Positions 57,220 through 64,000 of a stretch of 64,000 nucleotides of DNA are shown here, piece after piece. The position numbers and the translations under genes are program-made. The stretch is from Octopus vulgaris (Eukaryota). Position 1 is the stretch's first letter. Each line of letters opens with the position of its first letter. Below the pieces are notes generated by a model. It searched no databases and was not told the DNA's origin. It was given only the letters and a program-made list of their open reading frames with translations. The DNA lies in the NCBI GenBank assembly GCA_951406725.2, contig OX597816.1, positions 28,954,001-29,018,000 on the forward strand, written 5' to 3'.

Positions 57220-57840
57220 CATATATATATACACGTACACAGAGGCTCACACAAACACTCACACACATATATATATACATATGCACAGATATGTATGTGT
57301 GTGTGTGAAATACAATCCACTGTCACTACATTTATCTATCTCTAAAGATATTGATTCGCTTTATTTAGCTCCTAGTTGTTTTTTTTCTGTCTTTTTCTTT
57401 TAATTTTTGAAAACATTCCATTTTTCGTGAAGGCGCTTTTATATCTGACAAAATGTTATTGCTTTTATTCTTTCAAATAAATTTTACAGATAATCTGATA
57501 ATGTTTCGATTGAATTAACAATTCCAAATACGCGCTTTTCCAACTTGGCTATATCATGAACATTTAATGTATATAATTCTATGGGTTTTATTAGCATGCA
57601 CATCTCAATTGAATTTAATATCGCTGAATAAATATACACGACAATGTAAATGAACTGTAATTTAATAGAACAGTAACAATAAAGCCTAGGTTTTACTGGC
57701 CAAAAAGGCCAGAGGGTTTCTTATGCCTACAGTGATCCCTTATGCTGGATGAATTTCTTTTATAGACACACAAACACACAGAGACACACACACACCGCGC
57801 GGGTACACACACACGCGCGCGCACATATGTATAAACCACG

Positions 57841-58240
57841 AGTAGGAGTGGTTGTGTGGTAAGTAGCTTGCTTACCGACCACATGGTTCCGGGTTCAGTC
57901 GCACTGCGTCGCACCTGTGTCTTCTACTATAGCCTCGGGCCGACCAAAATCTTGTGAGTGGATATGGTAGGCGGAAACTGAAAGAAGCCCGTCGTATAGA
58001 TGTATATATATATGCAAGTGTGTGTATATGTTTGTGTGTCTGTGCCTCCCCCCCCAACATCGCTTGACAACCGATGCCGGTGTGTTTACGTCCCCGTAGC
58101 ATAGCGGTTCGGCCAAAGAGGCCGATAGGATAAGTACCAGGCTTACAAAAAAATAGTCCTCTGGTCGATTTGTTCGACTAAAAGGCGGTGCTCCAGCGTG
58201 GCCACAGTCAAATGACTGAAACAAATAAAAGAGTAAAGAG
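57841..58240 (+). mobile_element. tRNA-derived SINE, family B, near full length
   Basis: A-box-like tggttgtgtggt, B-box-like gggttcagtc, internal (TA/TG) tract, tail aaaagagtaaagag. Other copies are present in the window. Confidence 0.88.
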
Positions 58241-59394
58241 TGTAAGGAGTATATACGTAATGATTGCAAGTGCATTTTGCTGCTAAGATTTAAATGCCTT
58301 GAACACTGGGACAATGCACTATCGATAACAAATTACGAATCATTAACAACGGAGTAACTGTTATCTCCTTTCCCCTCACTAATAAAATACCAATCCACCA
58401 TACGAGTTTATCCAAATATCTTACCATCTGAGAATATGCTATTACCTCTTAGCGTTTACTTTATACTCGACAAATACTTTTCGTGAAGGCAAACAATACG
58501 TTTTGAGAACTTTATTCATGTTCTTTGTCCCTATTTCATATCATTTGTCATGATTTTCTTCTTTAGAATTCAATTCAGTATTATGGAAGTGCTTATTTTT
58601 TATAGCCACATTATTCTTGCATATCTCAGTTTATCTATTTTGCTACATTAAATTCTATAATATACCGAGAACGGCGTAAGATTCGCAACGAGCAAAAACT
58701 TTTGCTGTGAAGTTTAATATTACGTATCCAGTGTATCCAGATTTATGTTTATATACATATATCTCAATTTTGCTGAATATATATTATTTCTCGAGCTAAA
58801 GACGAGAAGCTCTGAGCTTTCATATTGTAATAAATCAGGAGTTTTTAAGAAATATGAAAATATTCTCATTGAACAGCGGCTTTTAATTAACTGGGCTATC
58901 TCGTTTTTCCAATTTATGAGAGTATATATTTTCCTGTGCAACATATATGTTATAAATAATTTTTCTATCAACGTTTATATCCAATATATACCGTTGCGTT
59001 ATTTACTTGGTGTTTTCTTTCCCCAATGAAGTAGTGAAATGCTATTTTTTTCGTCAGAGAAAGAGCATAAGGGCTCATATAACGTGGGTAATTATCGTAG
59101 CATAATCTCAAACAAGAAAAGAAAAATAAGTTAACAAAATACAATAAAATTAACGATAACCATTCACGCCAAAATAGAGTTAATGAATATCGAACCGCGG
59201 TCTAGACTCATATGCCAGTATCTTTTTTTCTCTTTCCAAGGCGTGAAATTGGTTTTATTTTAAAACATCTATGAACGTATAAGCTGAGTATATCATACTT
59301 TGCACAATAAAGTGCTCTTGGGGGTGTCCAATCTCTCTCTGGGTTATTTTTGTAAAATGTATTCTATTTTACCCTTGGTTCAAAGGGCATATTC

Positions 59395-59595
59395 GGTTTC
59401 AAATTTTGGTATAAGACCAGTTAGTTCGAGGAAAGGGAGAAGTAACTTATATCGACCTCAGTGCTCAACTGGTACTTATTTTTTTGCTCCCGATACAGTC
59501 GATCTCTGTGGAATTTCAACACGGAACGTGTAGACTGATAAATACCGCTAATCATTTTGTCCGGCGTGTTAACGATTCTACCAGCTCACCACCTC
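59395..59595 (-). mobile_element. SINE family A, degenerate
   Basis: Reverse-strand copy ending ttctaccagctcacc. Confidence 0.75.
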
Positions 59596-61597
59596 AAGTT
59601 GTTTCTAAAATATTGTTGACAAAAGCTGTGCCATAAACACGTCGAGATGATTATATGGTTCTTGGATGCCAATGCTCAATCCATCCCATTTCCCAACCAT
59701 TTAACCTTACACTCGGGTAACTTTAATAAAAAGTCAGTGTATTGCCTTTCCATTCCTTTCCAACTGTTTTTGTTAAATAGTAAACAAATTTTCATGGTTG
59801 GTGCTTATCCTGTGTTGCCCAAATCATAAATAAACTTTGGTTCATTTTATAGTGATAAATGCTTAATAGACAGCTCCCTGAATTACAAATACCAATCTTG
59901 TACGTGTTATCAATGGTAGCTCTTGATACCCTAGTTGCCAATGGCGAAACTATACGAAGTTCTATATTATTCGAGACACCTACTGTTCTACATCTTGTAG
60001 AGGCTACGATGGAGCATCTACGTCTAGTTCAGCTTATTTGACATAGCAACCAACCACCTTTTTATATTTTAAAACGTGAAGAACTTTGAGTTATGTAATA
60101 CCACCTGAGAAGACTCGACTAGTAATGGCTGGAACGGCTTTGAAATTTTTTTATTTGCTGGAGTAACACTGATTAATATCTGCAACAATAAAGTAATTCT
60201 TATATAACGGCTCCAACACATAACAATAACAACGGACAGATCTTCCTGATATATCCTCAAATCTTCGGAAAAAGATGCAATAACAATTTGGTAAATATAA
60301 TTTTAGATACACTATACCTAAAAACTATATGTTATGTTCTTGAGTTGTATACGTTTCATCATATAATGAATTATCAGCTTCGCATAAAAATACTATTTTC
60401 CTTCCAAAATACATTTTTGGCTAAATTTCAAATACTTCAAAATCAAAACTACTCTGAGAATTATAACATAAAACAACCTTATTAAAAATATCACAAATAT
60501 CATCTGTATGTAATATAACCAATATTGGCATTAAATATACTAAAAAAGTAAAAGATAGTTAAATTTTGCACTAAAACGAACCCTATTTCTATAATTCAAA
60601 TATGGCAACATGGGAAGTGAAAATGCGTAAAATATGAAACTGTAATTACGTTTTTCACTCATGTTCAGATTTCAATGAAAGTTAATTTTCACAAAGTAAA
60701 ATCCACTCCGTTTATATTCTTATAATATTGACAAACGTAATGCAATGTCAAGCAGATACATGCAGAAAAACGCAAAAATATACATATCCACACATAGTCG
60801 AGTAACACACGCACAAACATACGCACACTCACACACAAATATGTATACGTATATACGTTACATACATGATATATGCATTTGCATAGAAACACAGACACGT
60901 TCACACGTACTCGTAGGTTTGCATATATTTTATATATAATTATGAATAGAATTTTTCATTCCTTTTTTCTACGCTTTAACATTGACTTCCGTTCATTGAC
61001 GTTTCAGTTTTTTTTATTCATGGATAAGAACTATAAAATGTGAAGAAAAATGTTGAAAATAAGGAATATATATTGTGGAAATATAACTGGATTGAGATAT
61101 TTTGAATATGTTAAGGATTTAATTTTCTAATTGATTTTATATTTTGATATCAATCTTTAGCATGATACTGAATAAATGAAATAAGTAGGTACCATGCATC
61201 AGTTGAATGTCAATAAATGCACACGGTTGCAATTTAATGCATAATAAATATCTTTATAATGATTTTGTCTATTATTCCTTGTTAAACGACGACTACATTT
61301 ATTCTTGTATGAGATTATATTCACGCTCGTATACCAAAGTTACCAATTCTCTGATTCAAGATTTTGATAATAAGTCACCTTCGTTCCGACAATTAATTCG
61401 GTCATAACAGACCCACACGATAACATTTTATCATAAAAACATTAATCATCTGTGAGGTTATGGTATACGGCATTTAGCATTTTAGAACTTGGGTCTCGGT
61501 ACGGGATCGCAGATTAGCTTAATCATGGCCTTTGAATGTTAGGGATTATGGCCACGTATCTAACTTGGCACATCCATCCAGATCTCTCTTATATATG

Positions 61598-62002
61598 TTT
61601 CTTTATTACCCACAAGAGGCTAAACATAAAGGGGACAAGCAAGGACAACAAACGAATTAAGTCGATTACATCAATCCCAGTGCGTAACTGGTACTTATCG
61701 ACCCCGAAAGGATGCAAGGCAAAGTCGACCTCGGCGGAATTTGAACTCAAAACGTAACGGCAGACGAATTACCTATTTCTTTACTACCCACAAGCTGCTA
61801 AACACAGAGAGGACAAGGAAGGACAGACAAACGAATTAAGTCAATTACATTGACTCCAGTGCGTAACTGGTACTTAATTTATCGACTCCGAAAGGATGAA
61901 AGGCAAAGTCGACTTTGGCGGAATTTGAACTCAGAACGTAACGGCAGACGAAATACACCTACGCATTTCGTCCGGCGTGCTGACGGTTCTGCCAGCTCGC
62001 CG
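61598..62002 (-). mobile_element. SINE family A dimer (one head, two bodies)
   Basis: The junction at about 61765-61780 reads gaaataggtaattcgtc on the minus strand, the same join as in the trimer. Confidence 0.88.
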
Positions 62003-62416
62003 ATATATATCTACATGTTATACCTAACAAACGTTTTGCACATGTGGGTATAATCTGCATTGGGAAACTTTAAGCAGTTATAAATGATTTGATCAGTTAC
62101 TTCTCTGTATTGATATTTGCTTCTTATTTCATTATATTGTTTGTACATACTCTGTACGCCATTGATCGTGTGCGACTAAATCCAGTTACATTTCATCTAC
62201 AAAAACTGTATTTTCTTAACGTTTGGCATCACTGATAACTTTTCCCCTTTCTCTCGAGTCTCGTCGCTGATTGACAATGTTAACCTCTTTCGTTATTACA
62301 AAATTTTCTATTTATTTCGAAATTCCATATCGATTTTATCTTTAATTTTTCTGCAATGAGAAGCAATTTTTCGCAGTAGCTATCTTCTATTTCGCAGTTC
62401 ATTTTTTCCCCTTTAA

Positions 62417-63818
62417 CACTCACGCGCACAATTATTGGCACCCCTTGTCAAAAATGATTGAAATTGTCGCTAAAATTAGTGTTTACATAACTAAGTTTTG
62501 GTCAATGTAGATACAATTGTTTAAGTAACACCAAACAAAAAGTGAATTTCTTAAACAATTTATTTTTAACGAGTAAAACAGAAAAACAAGATAATTACAT
62601 GGTTCAAAATTATTGGCGCCTTGGTAACATTCAATGATTAAAACCAGTGACGTATCCTTTATGTTTAATATGTTTAATAACTTCAATGTGCGAGGGTCAT
62701 TTTCAGTCAAATTCAGACACAGGAAGGAATTTTAACTAATTCTTCAATCGCAAATTATTCCATCTGCCTCAAATTAAATGTTCTTCCATTCACTCCTTTC
62801 TTTAGCTTCTACCATAAATTTTCAATCGGGTTCATATCAGAGCTTTGATATAACCATCAGAGTACATCTATCTTGTTTTCTTTCAATCGATTTTGGATTA
62901 AAACTGAGGCACACTTGGGATCCTTTTCCTACATGAAGGACCAATGGCTTCCTAATCCTTGTTGCTTCGACGATAACTTCAGGCTTTCTCTATTTTCACC
63001 ATTCCTTTAATTCGAATTAACTTTTCAATGCCTTTAGCAGAAAAATGACACTACAGCATTATAATCGCTGTCTCCCGGTGGTAGGGTTCATATTATTCAG
63101 ATTTTAATTTTCCTTTTTCCTCCAAGCAGTAGACCTACCGTTGTGACCGAATAACTCGAGTTTGGTTTCGTCAGAATTATGAAACAGAATCATCCACGAG
63201 CAGGGTTCTTCAGAAAGTCTCTCGCAAACTTCAAAGAAGCAGTTACATGCTTAAGCCACCTCTATTGTGAGTTTACGTGATCGGTGACCTTGAAGCATGA
63301 GTTTCAATAGCTCTCAATGAGGCTTTGATAGCTACAGTTATTATCTTAGTATCATTGTTGACCATTTTAATTAACACCCACTTATTTCGTTCTGAAAAAA
63401 GCTTCTTTCTGCTGTCTCCATTCTCGTTCCCCAACAAACGGGTATCTTGAGGCTTTACGAGTTTGTTGCGAACAAATGATCTTGCCATATTGAAATTCTC
63501 AGATATTCCTCTTATACTCGTTTCCAGGGATGTGAGAATATACAATCTACTACTTAAGTCGGAACAGTGCCCCTCAACGTTCACCACAACGTCATAGATA
63601 GAATACTTTGTTGACCAAGAGAAGGCTGCAAAACGGTCGTGCAAATGATGTCACGTACCCCTACCACGCATTATTCTATAAATTTCTGTATTTTATATAT
63701 TTCTCAGTATGATATACAGTCTATTATCTGACACATTTTTATATTGCCCGACGCAATGATATTTGCAACGCAATAATCAAACTTTTGTGTATCTGCCAAT
63801 AATTTGGGACCATGCTTG
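62417..63818 (-). mobile_element. Tc1-like (DD34E) transposon relic with IR/DR-type ends
   Basis: Minus strand: SDETKLELFGHN, WSFM*EKDPK (QQDNDPKH equivalent), QSSDMNPIENLW. The repeated end motif aattattggc occurs near 62430 and 62610, and inverted (gccaataatt) near 63795. Confidence 0.85.
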
Positions 63819-64000
63819 AAATTTTTATCGACTGCAATTAGAATTTTAAACATCGCCAGGTACCCTCCCACGGCAAATATATGCTGTAGCTCTTCACATT
63901 ATTGTAACATAACAGTATTTAAGGAGACATCTAATTTTGGCGAGAAATTCAATAACGACCCTTTTTAACAAGAGCTACCAATAATAGGGCGCATAACATG

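Noticed and set aside
59647-60260. Cluster of 60-aa ORFs in unique-looking sequence
   Set aside because: The frames I translated gave no recognisable protein and frequent stops.

Overview
AT-rich eukaryotic, repeat-dominated DNA. I could not support any intact host protein-coding gene, rRNA, bona fide tRNA or CRISPR array. The density of (TA)n/(CA)n/(GATA)n/(AAT)n microsatellites and the tRNA-derived SINE families resemble an octopus (coleoid cephalopod) intron or intergenic region; that assignment is my inference. Nearly all listed ORFs are microsatellite translations. The recognisable content is decayed mobile DNA: about 20 SINE copies from at least 4 families, several with clear target-site duplications (TSDs); R4/Dong-type RLE retrotransposon pieces in or beside (TAA)n arrays; an RTE-clade LINE 5' end; several Penelope-like element (PLE) remnants; Tc1/mariner relics; TTAGGG-containing MITEs; a small Helitron; and an LTR-like tandem duplication. 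The most interesting signals are RNA-structural. They are a candidate HDV-like ribozyme at the RTE 5' end, several degenerate hammerhead motifs in PLE terminal repeats, an 82-bp near-perfect palindrome, a 689-bp inverted pair of dead Dong RT segments sharing the same inactivating mutations, and SINE multimers that appear to have inserted as single units. All alignments and translations were done by eye, so boundaries are approximate unless exact motifs are quoted.
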